Below, piece by piece: positions 11,830 to 23,790 of a stretch of DNA of 64,000 bases. The notes beneath the pieces were generated by a model that saw only the letters and a program-made list of their open reading frames with translations, was not told the DNA's origin and ran no database searches. A program made the position numbers and the translations under genes. Where the stretch lies: NCBI GenBank assembly GCA_026770705.1, contig JANJGN010000026.1, positions 38,812,001 through 38,876,000 of the forward strand, read 5' to 3'. The number at the start of each line of letters is the position of its first letter. The stretch's first letter is position 1. The DNA comes from Isurus oxyrinchus (Eukaryota).

Positions 11830-13270
11830 GCTTCATTGGAAAGTGCAGGGAGGCGGGGGGAAAGCTCGGAGAGCCTGGGGGAAAGGGCAGGGAGGCGGGG
11901 GAAATGGCAGAGAGCCGGGGGGGGGGGTGGGGTGGTGTTGGGGGGGAAGGGTAAGGAGCCGGGGAAAAGGGCAGGGATCCAGTGGAAAGTGCTTTGGGAT
12001 GGGGCAAAGGTCAGCAAGCAGGGGGAAAGCTCAGTGAGCCAGTGGAAGGCCAGAGAGGCAGAGGAGGAGGAAGGGCAGAGAGACGATGGAAAGAGCAGAG
12101 AGGTGGGGGGGGGAAAGGGCAGAGAGGCGAGGGAAGGGCATAGAGGTGGGACAGGGAAAGGGCAGAGAGGCGGAAGGAGGAAAGGGCAGAGAGATGGGAG
12201 GGGGAAAGGGCGGAGAGGCAGGAGGGCAAAGAGGTGGAGGGTTGACAGGGGAGAGAAGCGGGGAGTGGGACAGGCAGAGAGGTGAGGGGAAACGGCAGTG
12301 AGGTGGCAGGAGGAAAGGGCAGGAATGTGGGTGGGGGAAATAGCAGAGAGGCGGCGGGGGAAAGGGCAGAGAGGAGGGTGGGCAGAGAGGCAGGGGGGAA
12401 AGGGCGGATAGCAGGGGAGGAAGGGCAGAGAGGAGGGAGAGCAAAGAGGCAGAGGGGGGAAGGACAGAGAGGTGACGGAAAGGGTAGATAGTCGATGGAA
12501 AAGGCAGCGAGCTGGGGTAAGGGCAGAGAGGCGAGGGTGTAAGGGCAGAGAGGCGGGGTGTAAGGGCAGAGAGGTGGGAGAGGGAAAGGGCACAGAGGTG
12601 GGAGTGGGAAAGGGCAGAGAGGCGGGTGGGAAAGGGCAGAGGGGTGGATGAGGGAAAGGATAGAGAGGCAGAGGAAGGAAGGGCAGAGAGGTGATTGAAA
12701 GGGCAGCGAGCCAGGGGAACGGGAAAAGAGCAGTGGAAAAGGTCAGAGCTGGGTGAAAGCACAGAGCGCGGTGAAATGTGTGCAGAGACCTGGGGGAGAA
12801 AGGGCAGAGAAGTGATGGGGAAAGGGCAGAGAGGCGGCAGATGTAAAGGGCTGAGAGGTGGGAGTGGAAATGGGCCGAGAGGCAGGAGGGGGAAAGGGCA
12901 CAGATGCAGGAGGGGAAAAGGGCAGAGAGATGTGTGGGAAAGGGCAGAGAGGAGGGGGAAAGGGGACAGAGACGGGAGAGGGAAAGGGGCAGAAAGACGG
13001 GGGTGAAGGGCAGAGCGGTGGGTGGGGAAGGGCAGAGCGGCACGGGGGTCTGGGCAGAGAAGCAGGGGGTGGGACATGCAGAGAGCTGGGGGAAAAGTGA
13101 GCGAGCCAGTGGAAAAGGTCAGAGATCCGGGCGAAAGTGAATAGAACCGTGGAGTAAGTGCAGAGAGCTGGGGTACAAAGGGCAGAGTTGGGGGGGGGAG
13201 GCGGGTGGGCAGGGCAGGGAGGTGGGGGTGGGGGAAGGACTGAGAGCCGGGCAAAAGCTGGGAGAGCCGG
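11830..13270 (+). repeat. G-rich degenerate tandem repeat (AAGGGCAGAGAGG core) in the J-C intron
   Basis: Dozens of GGGCAGAGAGG units about 20-25 bp apart, with strong G/purine skew on the + strand. Confidence 0.9.
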
Positions 13271-13734
13271 GCGAAAGCAGTTGCGAGCGGGAGCCCCAGA
13301 CGCCCTGGGCCCCACGCTCTCTAACTCTTTCTTTCTCTATCCCTCATTGTCTCTCCTCCTCCTGAAATCTATTCCATCCCTGGAGAAAGGCACTCAGTGC
13401 CTGGGATGGATGGGAGACAATGTCTCTGTGCGCTTCCCCCGGGCTCCCTGCGCCTTTCTCCAGCGGGTGTTCGCTGCCCCTCCAATCACAACCTGTTTGT
13501 CTCCCACTTTTACTGCTGATAGGCCCGCTAGTCAGCCTATCAGCAGCTAATGGGTAGGAGACTGGGGGAAGGGGTGTAAGGGCAGAGAGGCGGGAGAGGG
13601 AGGAGCAGCTCCTTACAGATATCTTCAATTCCACTTACCCACCTGACCAGCATTTAGAACAAAGGCTCTGGGGGCCATATAGAGGGGCTTCGGGGGCCAC
13701 AATCCAGCCACAGGACATGGATTGGACAAGCCGG

Positions 13735-15310
13735 TAATAAAGGAAAATAAGGAAATGGGCTGAGAAGTTGGACAAATATTTTGGCCTTAACGAGGTGGTT
13801 ACTAAAATAGCAGAGACATTGTTTTTAATTTTCCAAATTTCCCCAGATTCTGGAAAGGTCTTATCAGATTGGAAAATAGGGAATGAGTCTTTTATATTAA
13901 ATAAAGGAGGGAAAGGGAAAGTAAGAACCTGCAGGCCAGTTAGCTTAACATCTGTCTGAGCGAAAATGCTGGAATCTATTAAGGCGTTTACCACGGGTCA
14001 CTTAGAAAATTCAAATGCAATTAGGCATTTGACCCACAAACCCATCTTGGTTTTGTGAAAGGGAAATCATGTTTGGCTGAAATATTTGAGGCCTATAGAG
14101 GAAGTAACAAAGAACATGAATAAAGGAGAACCTGTGGATGTGCTGTACTTGAGCTTCCAGAAGGCATTTGACAAAGTGGCACATCAAAGGTTACTGCACA
14201 AAATAATGGTGTCGGCAGTTACATTTCAGCATGGGTAGAAGTTTGGTTAGCTAACAGGAAACAGAGAATAGGGATAAATTGATTATTTTATGTTGGCAAG
14301 ATGTGACAAGTGAAGTGCCAATGGATCAATGCTGCTGCTTCACCTATTTACAATTTATATCAATGATTTGAATGAAAGGACTGAATGAATTTGCTAAATT
14401 TGCTGATGACACAAAGATAGATAGGAAAGTAAATGGTGAAGAGGGCATAAGGGCAGCAAAGGGATATCGATAGGTTAAGTGAGTGGGCAAAAAAATGTCA
14501 GTTGGAGTATAATCTGAGAAAATATAAACGTGTCCACTTTGGCAGGAAGAATACAAAAGCAGCATATTACTGAAAGGGAGAGAGATTGCAGAACCCTGAG
14601 GTACAGAGGAATGTGGATCCCTTGGTGCATGAATCACAAAAAGTTGGAATTCAGGAATAGCAAATGATGAAGAAGGCATGTTGGCATTTAGTATAAGGGG
14701 AATAGATTATAAATGGAAAGATATCTTACTACAGTTTAATGGGTTGGCGATAAGACCTCGCCTGAATTACTGTGTACAGATTTGGTCTCATTTAAGAAAG
14801 GATATAAAAGCATTAGAAGCTGTTCAGAGAATGTTCATTCAAATGATACTGGGAGGTGTCGTCGGTTATCTTATGAGGAAAGTATGGATAGGCTGGGCCT
14901 GTATCGATTGGAGTTTAGAAGAATGAGAGCTGATTTTATTGAAACACATTACATCTTGAGGGAAATTGACAGGGTGGATGTTGAAAGGATGTTTCCCCTT
15001 GTGAGAGAGACTAACGATAGGGAACACGGTTTAAAAATAAGAGGTCTCCCATTTCAGACGGAAATGAGAGGGTTTTATTTTTCTCTCAAAGGGTCGTGAA
15101 ACTTTGGAACTCTCTTCCCCAGAGAGCGATGGAGGAGGAGTCATTAAAATTTCAAGGCAGAGGTAGAGAGATTCTTCATTGACAAGGGAGTCAAAGGTTA
15201 GCCGAGAGGAGGCGGGAATGTGGAGTTAATGCCACAATCGGATCAGCTATGACCGGAGTGAATGGTGGAGGAGGCTAGAGAGGCCAAATGGCTACTACTG
15301 ATCCGCATGT
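13735..15310 (+). mobile_element. Degraded CR1 LINE (RT and 3' end)
   Basis: Peptides RPVSLTSV, KFADDTK, LSYEESMDRLGLYRLEFRRMRADFIET, with many stops. Confidence 0.9.
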
Positions 15311-15873
15311 TCATATATACATACGATTGGAAACTGTCGTACTTACTGTAACTGGTATTCAGTTTAGAGTTCTATGGTCATTATATAGTTACCATTACAA
15401 AGGTACTTTCGAAGGGTTATTGCTGTTCTTTGTTTTGGGGGGACGTGGAGAGGGGAGGGGGCATCAGTCAATTTGAACAGAGCTAAATTCCAAACTGCAA
15501 TGATATAAATGACGAGACAATTTCTCTATCACCAAGTGCTGTTGATTGAGAAATAAACGGTGACTGAAATAATGGGGAAGATGCTCTGCTCTTCCATTTT
15601 AATCCAATGAAAGGTCAGTCATTCAGATGACATCAAAATGTTCTCTTTTAGTAATGGGATAGAGGCGGAAAAAGAGGTGTGGGTTTCTAAAGAGGGAATC
15701 GACAGTTGAGGGCCATCAAATGATGGAAATAATAAATGATCAAATGTGGACGTGGGTTTCAATTGGAATATATTAGGATATGTTTATAGTTATAGTCAAA
15801 TTTCGAGTTGTTTGGTTACTTAATGATCACAAATCACAGAGTCTAACTTGTTCAATCGGCCATTCTTTCCCAG

Positions 15874-16173
15874 TGACACCGTCTTCGCCCACTCTCTACA
15901 GCCTGGTCTCCTCCTGTCAGCAACACAACACCGACGGCTCCGTCACCTACGGCTGTTTGGCGATGGACTACTCCCCAGAAATCACCAGCCTGACCTGGAA
16001 GAAAGATGGGCAGCAGATCACCACTGGATTTAAGACTTACCCATCAGTGAGAAACCAGAAGGGAACCTACACTCTGAGCAACCAGTTAACCATCACCGAG
16101 TCAGAGGGGGAATGCAGCATAATCAAGTGTGAGGTTCAACACAGTGTCTCAGACAAGAGCGTTAAAATGCCAT
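15874..16173 (+). CDS. IGHM: IgM C-mu1 exon
   Basis: Acceptor TTCTTTCCCAG, translation [30 protein letters not shown], phase-1 donor GTAAGT at 16174. Confidence 0.95.
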
Positions 16174-16372
16174 GTAAGTGTTGGGGAACCTGTGAGAAAC
16201 AGAAAGGCTGTGATTGACCTGTAGAGGGCCTTGGTTATAACGCATTAATAGTACTCTGCATAGTTCTGATCCCTGGAAATTCCAGGTTAGTGTCCATGGT
16301 TAAAATATAAGAACTCATTGTATCTGTTATCAATTTCTTCTGCAAGAAATGGCTAACCTGTGTTTTTTGAAG

Positions 16373-16681
16373 GTACTGACTTACCTCCAACTGTTCTCCT
16401 CACCGTGAGTTCCCGGGAAGAAATCACAACCAACAAATTTGCAACCACCGTCTGTTCAATCATCGATCTCTGTTCAAAGTCAATCACCGTGAAGTGGCTG
16501 AAGAATGGACAACCCATGAATTCAGGAATTGTCACCTCTCCTGTCTTTGAAGTGAACGGGAACTTCTCGGCGACCAGTTGGCTGAAAGTCTCCGCTGGGG
16601 AATGGTTCAGCGACGCAGTGTATACCTGTCAGGTCACTCACCAAGGGCTCACCCAAAGTCGAAACGCCACCAAGTGTGAGG
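16373..16681 (+). CDS. IGHM: IgM C-mu2 exon
   Basis: Acceptor TTTTTTGAAG, translation PPTVLLT..CSII..WLKNG..YTCQVTH, donor GTAAGA at 16682. Confidence 0.94.
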
Positions 16682-17305
16682 GTAAGAAATACAAACTGAG
16701 GAAGCAACAGATCATTCTGCTCTGTGATGTTAATCAAATCAGGAATTTATTGGAGTTAGTAAAAAGCACGGAAAAATTTCTAATTTACTTTCATGTAGTT
16801 ATTGTTTAATTCCGATGTAAGTGCTGTATTCGGATTGTTCACCATTCAGGATTTTATCACATCACGTCTCTACATTGACGTCACAGAGTGATTGAGGTGA
16901 ACTTGATATCAGCTTTACCCTGAGTCAGCTGATCATATTTCGAAAGGCAGAAGATGTCTGGAACCCTTCACTGGTAACAGCTTCGGGATAGAGTGTTGGA
17001 AAGTGCATCCACCCTATTTATAAAATGGCTTTCAATCCTGCATTCCAGGGCCCAGGAATTATACATTTGTATTGGGACTGGGGCACAGCAGATTCGTGAG
17101 AATGTTACCGGGGCTGAAGGACTTAAATTATGAGAACGATTTACACAGACCAAGCTGCTTTTCCATTGTGTAAAGAAAATTAAAGATGATAGTTAGGTGT
17201 TGATATGTCCAAGGTGATTAATTCTCCTTCAGGGAGTGAAGGCTGAATACTGCTGTCCTGCTCCTGAAGGTGAAACTTTGGTTGATCTTCATTTCTGTCT
17301 CACAG

Positions 17306-17617
17306 ATGATCACCACTGCCCCAACGATCCCACAATTACTCTACTGCCACCTCCAATAGAACAGGTCTTACTAGAGGCGACCGTGTCCTTAACCTGCATC
17401 GTTTCTAATGCTCCTTTTGGAGTCCTCGTGTCCTGGACACAAGAGAAGAAGCCTTTGAAATCAGAGATCGCCGTCCAACCAGGAGAGGATCCCGACAGCG
17501 TTGTCAGCAACATAAACATCTCGACACAAGCCTGGCTGAGTGGGGTTGAGTTCAACTGTGTGGTGAGCCATCAGGATCTGCCGACTCCTTTAAGAAATTC
17601 CATCCACAAGGAACAAG
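17306..17617 (+). CDS. IGHM: IgM C-mu3 exon with non-canonical (TT) splice donor
   Basis: Acceptor CTCACAG, translation [35 protein letters not shown]. The expected phase-1 boundary is followed by TTGAGC. Confidence 0.88.
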
Positions 17618-18009
17618 TTGAGCGGTGAAATTGAAGCAATAAGTTATTCAATGTGTCTATTTCCAGTGTAAGTGTAAGGAGCAATATTTACTATTCAGTG
17701 TATTCATGGTCTACTCTGAATAGCAATTTCGCCAACTAAACGCCCTGGGCCTGTAGACTTTCAGGGGGAAATTGATAAGTAGATGAATGAACAATGAATT
17801 GAAGGCTGTGCCATTAAGTTTAGATGAAGCAAGATGGGAGGAGTCTGGTGCGAAGCTGAAACACCAACATAGACCAGTTGGGCAGAATGGCCTGATTCTG
17901 TGCTGTAAACTTTGAGAAACTTTCTCATCCAACCCCATAAATTCTCAGGGAAAAGGATTGTGCCACCTCTGCTCCGAGCTGGAAAGCCGGACAGATCCCA
18001 AACTATTTT

Positions 18010-18215
18010 ATTTATTAATTCATGGGATGTGGGCGTCGCTGGCTGGGCCAGAGTTATTGCCCATCCCTAACTGCCCTTGACAAGGTGGTGGTGAGCTGCT
18101 TTCTTGAATCGCTGCAGTCGATGTGGTGTAGATACACTCACAGTGCTGTTAAGGCGGGAGTTCCAGGATTTTGTCTCAGCTATAGTGAAGGATCGGTGAT
18201 ATACTTCCAAGAAGT
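18010..18215 (-). mobile_element. LINE 3' end fragment (same family as 52017-52625)
   Basis: GCCCATCCCTAACTGCCCTTGA..GGTGGTGGTGAGCTG..TTGAA..CTGCAGTC is the reverse complement of that LINE tail. Confidence 0.7.
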
Positions 18216-18330
18216 GGATAATGAAACCCCTTAATATTCATCACAAAACACGTTTCTCTCACATCTAACCAGCGTTTCATTGTCTACGAAAGCATCCAGT
18301 TTATTGACATTTATTGTACATTTTCTGCAG

Positions 18331-18660
18331 TTAAAGAACCGCGGGAACCGTCCGTGTCTGTCCTCCTGCCCTCGGCAGAACATGTCTCCGCTCAGGGATT
18401 CGTCTCCCTCAGTTGCTTAGTGACAGGTTTCTCCCCGCGAGAGATTTTCATCAAGTGGATCGTCAATGACAAGCCGGTGGCTCCCGGAAACTACAAGAAC
18501 ACCGAGGTAGTGGCGGAGAACGGCAATCGCTCCTTCTTCACGTACAGCCTGTTATCCATTGCAGCGGAGGAGTGGGCCAGTGGCGCTTCTTACTCCTGTG
18601 TGGTGGGACATGAAGCGATCCCCTTGAAGATCATCAACAGAACGGTTGATAAATCCAGCG
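18331..18660 (+). CDS. IGHM: IgM C-mu4 exon
   Basis: Acceptor TTTTCTGCAG (phase 1), translation [31 protein letters not shown]. Internal donor G/GTAAAC at 18661 for the TM splice. Confidence 0.95.
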
Positions 18661-18722
18661 GTAAACCGAGCTTTGTAAATATTTCCCTTGCACTGATGGA
18701 CATCGTTAATTCATGTCAATGA
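18661..18722 (+). CDS. IGHM: IgM secretory tailpiece [20 protein letters not shown]
   Basis: N-glycosylation sequon NIS, penultimate Cys, stop TGA at 18720-18722. Confidence 0.95.
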
Positions 18723-18749
18723 GAATCTCTCGGTTACATTTCTAACTTC

Positions 18750-18765
18750 AATAAAAAATAATAAA
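18750..18765 (+). terminator. Secretory-form polyadenylation signals
   Basis: AATAAA at 18750 and 18760. Confidence 0.8.
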
Positions 18766-19159
18766 GTCCTTTTCTCCAATCGTGATTTAAATACACAATC
18801 GTTTAATGAATGTTGTTTTTCACTTTTGCTGATGTTAGACCTGTTTAGTTAAAATCGGATATTTACAGGACTCACGCCCAAGTCTTGTACATCCAGTGCT
18901 CCGAGTTCAGTTACAACCTGGGTTCGAGACAGAGTAAAGCTCATTCATTACGGGATTCTGCAAAATAACTTCACCAAATCCCCTCCCACTGAGGTGAAAT
19001 CTGACAAATCCCACTTCCGACAAACAAACACAGCACATTTAGATCTGGGTGTTCCTGCTTCTCTTATTGTCCATTCCTTTAAAATAGATGTCACCTTTAA
19101 GCTGCTACACCACACCCACTGGAAACTGAAGTGGAGTCCCACAGAAACATGTCCCAACA

Positions 19160-19560
19160 ATCCCCCATCAGGGAGAGGGGGAAGGGAAATTATTAACCAA
19201 CTGTACCCCCTCTTCCCCAACAGAGAGAGGGGGAAGGGGACATTGTTAACCCACTGACCTCCACTTCCACAACAGCAGGTGGGGGGGGGGCGAATTGTTT
19301 AGCCACTTTACCCTATTTTCCCAACAGAGAGAGGGGAAGGGAAATTGGTAACCCACAGTACCCCACTTTCCCAACAGAGAGAGGGGAAGGGAAATTGGTA
19401 ACCCACTGTATCTCCACTTCCCCAATAGAGAAAACTGAAAGGAAAATTTTAAGCCAATTTTACCTCCACTTGCTAAACAGAAAGACGAGGAAGGTCATGG
19501 TTAACCCGGTGTGTCTCCACCTTATCAGCAGAGAGAACCGAAAGGGAAATTGCTTAGACA
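19160..19560. repeat. Minisatellite, about 50-bp period
   Basis: AACAGAGAGAGGGGAAGGGAAATTGGTAACCCAC units, e.g. at 19323 and 19373. Confidence 0.85.
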
Positions 19561-20029
19561 ACCAGACAGAGCAAAACTATTAGCTCCCTGGACCCTCACC
19601 GAGCAGAGAATCTGGAAGGGAACGGGTCTCTACTGTCATGACTCTGTTACCAACAGTCCATGTCGGCTTCCAGCTTACTGGCCACAGATTTTAAACTCCC
19701 ATCATGTTTAGGATGTTGTAAAAACATCTAATTATGCAACATAATTTGAAGATCTTTTAACACCCTTGTTCCTGTTAAGCTTATGCTAAGATTCGTTTCC
19801 CATAATCCGAATCTAAACTGGTGATTGAATCCTGCCTGAGTTGTTCAATGTTCTGTCCCTGAATTTTATGAGGCACATGGTTGATTGTTTGCATTCGTTC
19901 ACCTGATATCACCTTGCATCTCACAAAAAGCACGTTAATACACAGAACATTGAAACTATTCACCAAAATTTTCACCATCAAGGTCAGACTCGATCATTGG
20001 TACTGGTAAAATTCTGGAAAATAGTAAAA

Positions 20030-21130
20030 ATACACACAGCTGACACAAATGGACAAACACAAACACGCGTACGCACACGCATAGGCACAGACACGCAAAC
20101 ACAAACACACACAGGTACAGGGAGACACATTTACACCCACACATGCGCACCCACACAAACACAGGCAGACACAGGCAGACGCACATAGACAAATACACAC
20201 ACACGTGCACACACACACACACACACACACACATGCGTGCACAATCACAACCACATGGGTGCAGACGCACAAACATACACGTACACAGAATCACACACAT
20301 AAACAGACACCCGCACACAATCAAACATGTAGAAATACACACACAGAGACACTCACTCACACACATGAACACAATCACACACACACAAACAGATAAAACT
20401 AGACAAGCAGACTCATACAAAGACACAAAGCACAAATGTAACTATTAGCATATGCAATATTACACGTTCACAATGAAATAAATACAGACGTAAAGACACA
20501 CACTATCGTACACATTAAAACAAATGCATGGACACACATTAATACATGCACACATATGAGCAGACGACACCCAGACACAAAAACACAGAGGAACAGACGA
20601 ACACATTCACAGACACACATGTAGACACAAACATGAATATACTCACACACAGTAGAAAACAAAAAACACACGTTAGTACATATGAAAACATATACACACA
20701 TTGATACATAGTTCTAAATATCGATCAACACACAAATGCACATATTAAAAACTCTCTCTCGCTGTGTCACACAATCACACAGACGCTGTGACACAGACAT
20801 AAATATGCTGACAGACACGTGGAACACAAAGAAATATTAACACTCATATTAGCAGGCACACATTAAACAGGTAAATACACATTAACACAGATAGTAATAA
20901 GTAAATATAGACATTAAGACATAAACACACACGCAATAACATACTCTTCCATCCACATTGGCAGAAAAACAAAATATACATAAAGATGCAGACACAAAAA
21001 TACACAAATCAGCACTCATTGGCACATGAACACACACATTAACACACATGTACACATATGGACACACAAACAAACAGTAATGCAAAGCGCGGGATACTCA
21101 AGCAGACATACACAAAAGCTAAAGCACAAC
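20030..21130. repeat. Degenerate (CA)n-rich tract
   Basis: ACAC-rich low complexity. ORFs here are artefacts. Confidence 0.85.
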
Positions 21131-21672
21131 ACAAACGCCAGGCTATTGAAGAAAGATTAATTCAGATGTACTTTTTAAGGGCATATCCTCCGGCAATTGT
21201 CTCTATTACATCATAACCCGATAAACACACTGAAACAATGTTCTTACTGAGAAACTGATTTAAGTTAATGACGCACCAAACATTCCCATCACAAATAAAC
21301 AAACCGGATGGGAAATCACACCCGAGCTTTTAAAAAGCAACGTGCACAGTTTCCAAATAAGTAGCTCAGTGAATCTCTCCCAATACCCATCATAATATTC
21401 TCCAATAATAGATCGTATGAAATTGTTCGAAACTAAACTGATACTGGAGAAAAGTTGCCATATTTTCCGACATGGACTGTATAAAGATTGTAAAGGAAGA
21501 ACAGCTGTGGAGATAGTTACAGAGATGGGTAACTGAGTGTCACGAACTTAACAGGAGATATATATTGAACATTGAATACATTAATAACAGGAAACAGTAA
21601 AGGAAATGTTTAAAAATGATATCCTAGATTAATAAACAATCTAATTATATCTCCTCGGCTATATCCTCATAG

Positions 21673-21800
21673 ATTCCACAGACCGCATATGGATTGAAGA
21701 CTCTGAGGATGATAACGGCAACATCTGGACAACCACTTCCACATTCATCATCCTCTTCTTCCTGAGCATTTTCTACAGCGCTGCCGTCACTCTGGCGAAG
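21673..21800 (+). CDS. IGHM: IgM transmembrane exon TM1
   Basis: DSTDRIWIEDSEDDNGNIWTTTSTFIILFFLSIFYSAAVTLAK contains the conserved antigen-receptor TM motif. Donor GTGAGA at 21801. A second in-frame acceptor ends at 21681. Confidence 0.94.
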
Positions 21801-21939
21801 GTGAGAAGATTCAATCCACTCACACTTCAAACTGACAGAAGCGGTTTGAAAAAATCTCTCAATGTTTCATTGATTAAAACTCTAACATAAATGTTCTAGA
21901 TCATAACAATCTGCTTCATTATTTCATCTTCTTTTACAG

Positions 21940-21948
21940 ATCAAGTGA
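21940..21948 (+). CDS. IGHM: IgM TM2 exon (IK*)
   Basis: Acceptor CTTTTACAG followed by ATC AAG TGA. Confidence 0.88.
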   Translation: MK

Positions 21949-22362
21949 CCGGTTGAATTTTGGACACCATAGATTTTCCTCAGCTCTTTATTGAGATTTC
22001 TGTATTCCGAATTGAAACATGTCCTCTCGGTGACTGTAAAAATGAAATACCTTCAGTTCATGTTTCTGAATTTGTAACTGAGACAATCATGGACGGTATT
22101 TCCGTTTCTCTGTTTCAAATGTGCGAGATAATTATGATTGCATTGCAATAGCAGCTTATAATTTCCCAGTAGTTTGAATTCCCTGTGTAAATAAGTAACG
22201 TTTATCATTCCTCATTCACAATTATTCCCTTCCCTTTTTATTGAGCTCCTGTTTTCTCTTTCTGGTCTCTGTTAAGTTGTACACACAGTTGGCAGCTTAG
22301 AGCGAATGTGCTCTGTTCTCAACGTGACTCTCAGTCATTATATTCACTTCAGTTAACTTTAA

Positions 22363-22404
22363 AATAAACTTTTCTGTAAAATGTTCTCTGAAATTGTTAA
22401 TAAA
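22363..22404 (+). terminator. Membrane-form polyadenylation signals
   Basis: AATAAA at 22363 and 22399. Confidence 0.6.
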
Positions 22405-22539
22405 TCATGAATGTGAAACGAACTGACTTTGCTGAACTCCTTTCTCTCAGGCCCATCGACAAGGCTCCATTTTCCCCATTACACTGTTTTCCCCCCGTTC
22501 CCAGGCAGGTGTTTTTAACCAGTCCTGTCTGGGATGTGA

Positions 22540-22645
22540 AACAAAAAACAGCAAATGCTGGAAAAACGCGGCAGATCTCACAGCATCTGTGGAGACAAAA
22601 AAACAGAATTAACGTTTCGAGTCCTTATGACTCTTCTTCAGAACC
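22540..22645 (-). mobile_element. Penelope-like terminal repeat with minimal hammerhead motif
   Basis: Minus strand reads CTGAAGA-A-GAGTC-ATAAG-GACTC-GAAACGTT. Confidence 0.65.
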
Positions 22646-22949
22646 CAAGGTCCTTCAGTGAAAGAGTCAGTGCGCCACGCAGCGACTCATCGGTGTTAAT
22701 ACACCTTTTCCTCTGCCTTTTTACGCCAAACCTCAGATGCAGAATGATTGCACAGCGAGGAGAACCTCGGTGATTTCACTCATACTCAGGCCTGTCACAG
22801 TCACATGTCAGATAATAGTAAACAGCAGGGGTCTGCTTCATCAGATGCCCATACACGACAGCATATGTAGGACTAAAGTTTCCTTTACACAGTCCCGTTA
22901 AACACTCCCAGGGTCCGTTTAGCAGGGATTAGATAGGGACTAAAAGTTA

Positions 22950-23270
22950 TTTTTTTCTCTTTATCCTTTCATGAGATGTGGGTGTCGTTGGCAAGGCCGC
23001 CCCGAACAGCCCGGCTTCCGAGGCCAATTCAGAGGGCAGTTAAGTCACATTGCTGTGGACCTGGAATCACATGTCGGCCAGTAAAGATGGCAGATTTCCT
23101 TCACTAAATGATATTAGTGCAGCAGATGGGGTTTTTACGACAATCGGTGATAGTTGCCATGGTCACCATTACCGAGGCCAGCTTTCAATCCCAGATTTTA
23201 TGAACTGAATTCAAATCCCAGCAGCTGCCATGTTGGGATATGAACCCGTACCGCCAGAGCATTCGCCTGG
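22950..23270 (-). mobile_element. Shark SINE
   Basis: Reverse complement of the SINE seen at 4275 and 56100. Confidence 0.7.
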
Positions 23271-23619
23271 ACTCTCTCTACCTTGTCCAATTAAACACTC
23301 ACAAGGCAGAGACGTCACAGTCCATCTTCTCAAGGCAATTAGGGATGTGCAATAAATGCTGGCCCAGACAGCCACGCCCACATCGCATAAATGAATAACA
23401 AAAAGTACACATTTAAGACAGAAGGAACAGCTGACACAAACCCAAGACTGACTCCCAGAAGCTGGGGCCGATCTGACAAAGACACATTATCGAGCAGTAA
23501 TCCTGCAAATTATTACCACAGTTTGGGGTTTATCAGAATCACCAGTGAGTACAAATCGTGGAAATTCTCAGAACGTGCGGCCTGCCTGACGCAACAAACA
23601 ACTGATCTCACTCAACATT

Positions 23620-23790
23620 ACCACAGGGATCCTCTCTCCCTGCTCCATTCTCTCATATCATCCTCCTGAACTCACTGAACATCACCTCAGGGATCCTCTC
23701 TCCCTGCTCCATTCTCTCTGATATCATCCTCCTGAACTCACTGAACATCACTCCAGGGATCTTCTCTCCCTGCTCCATTTCCTCTGATAC
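23620..23790. repeat. Tandem repeat, 64-66 bp, about 3 copies
   Basis: CAGGGATC(C/T)TCTCTCCCTGCTCCATT at 23624, 23688 and 23754. Confidence 0.85.

Noticed and set aside
9610-13550. Long ORFs of 150-418 aa in the J-C intron
   Set aside because: They are translations of CA/CT and G-rich low-complexity repeats.
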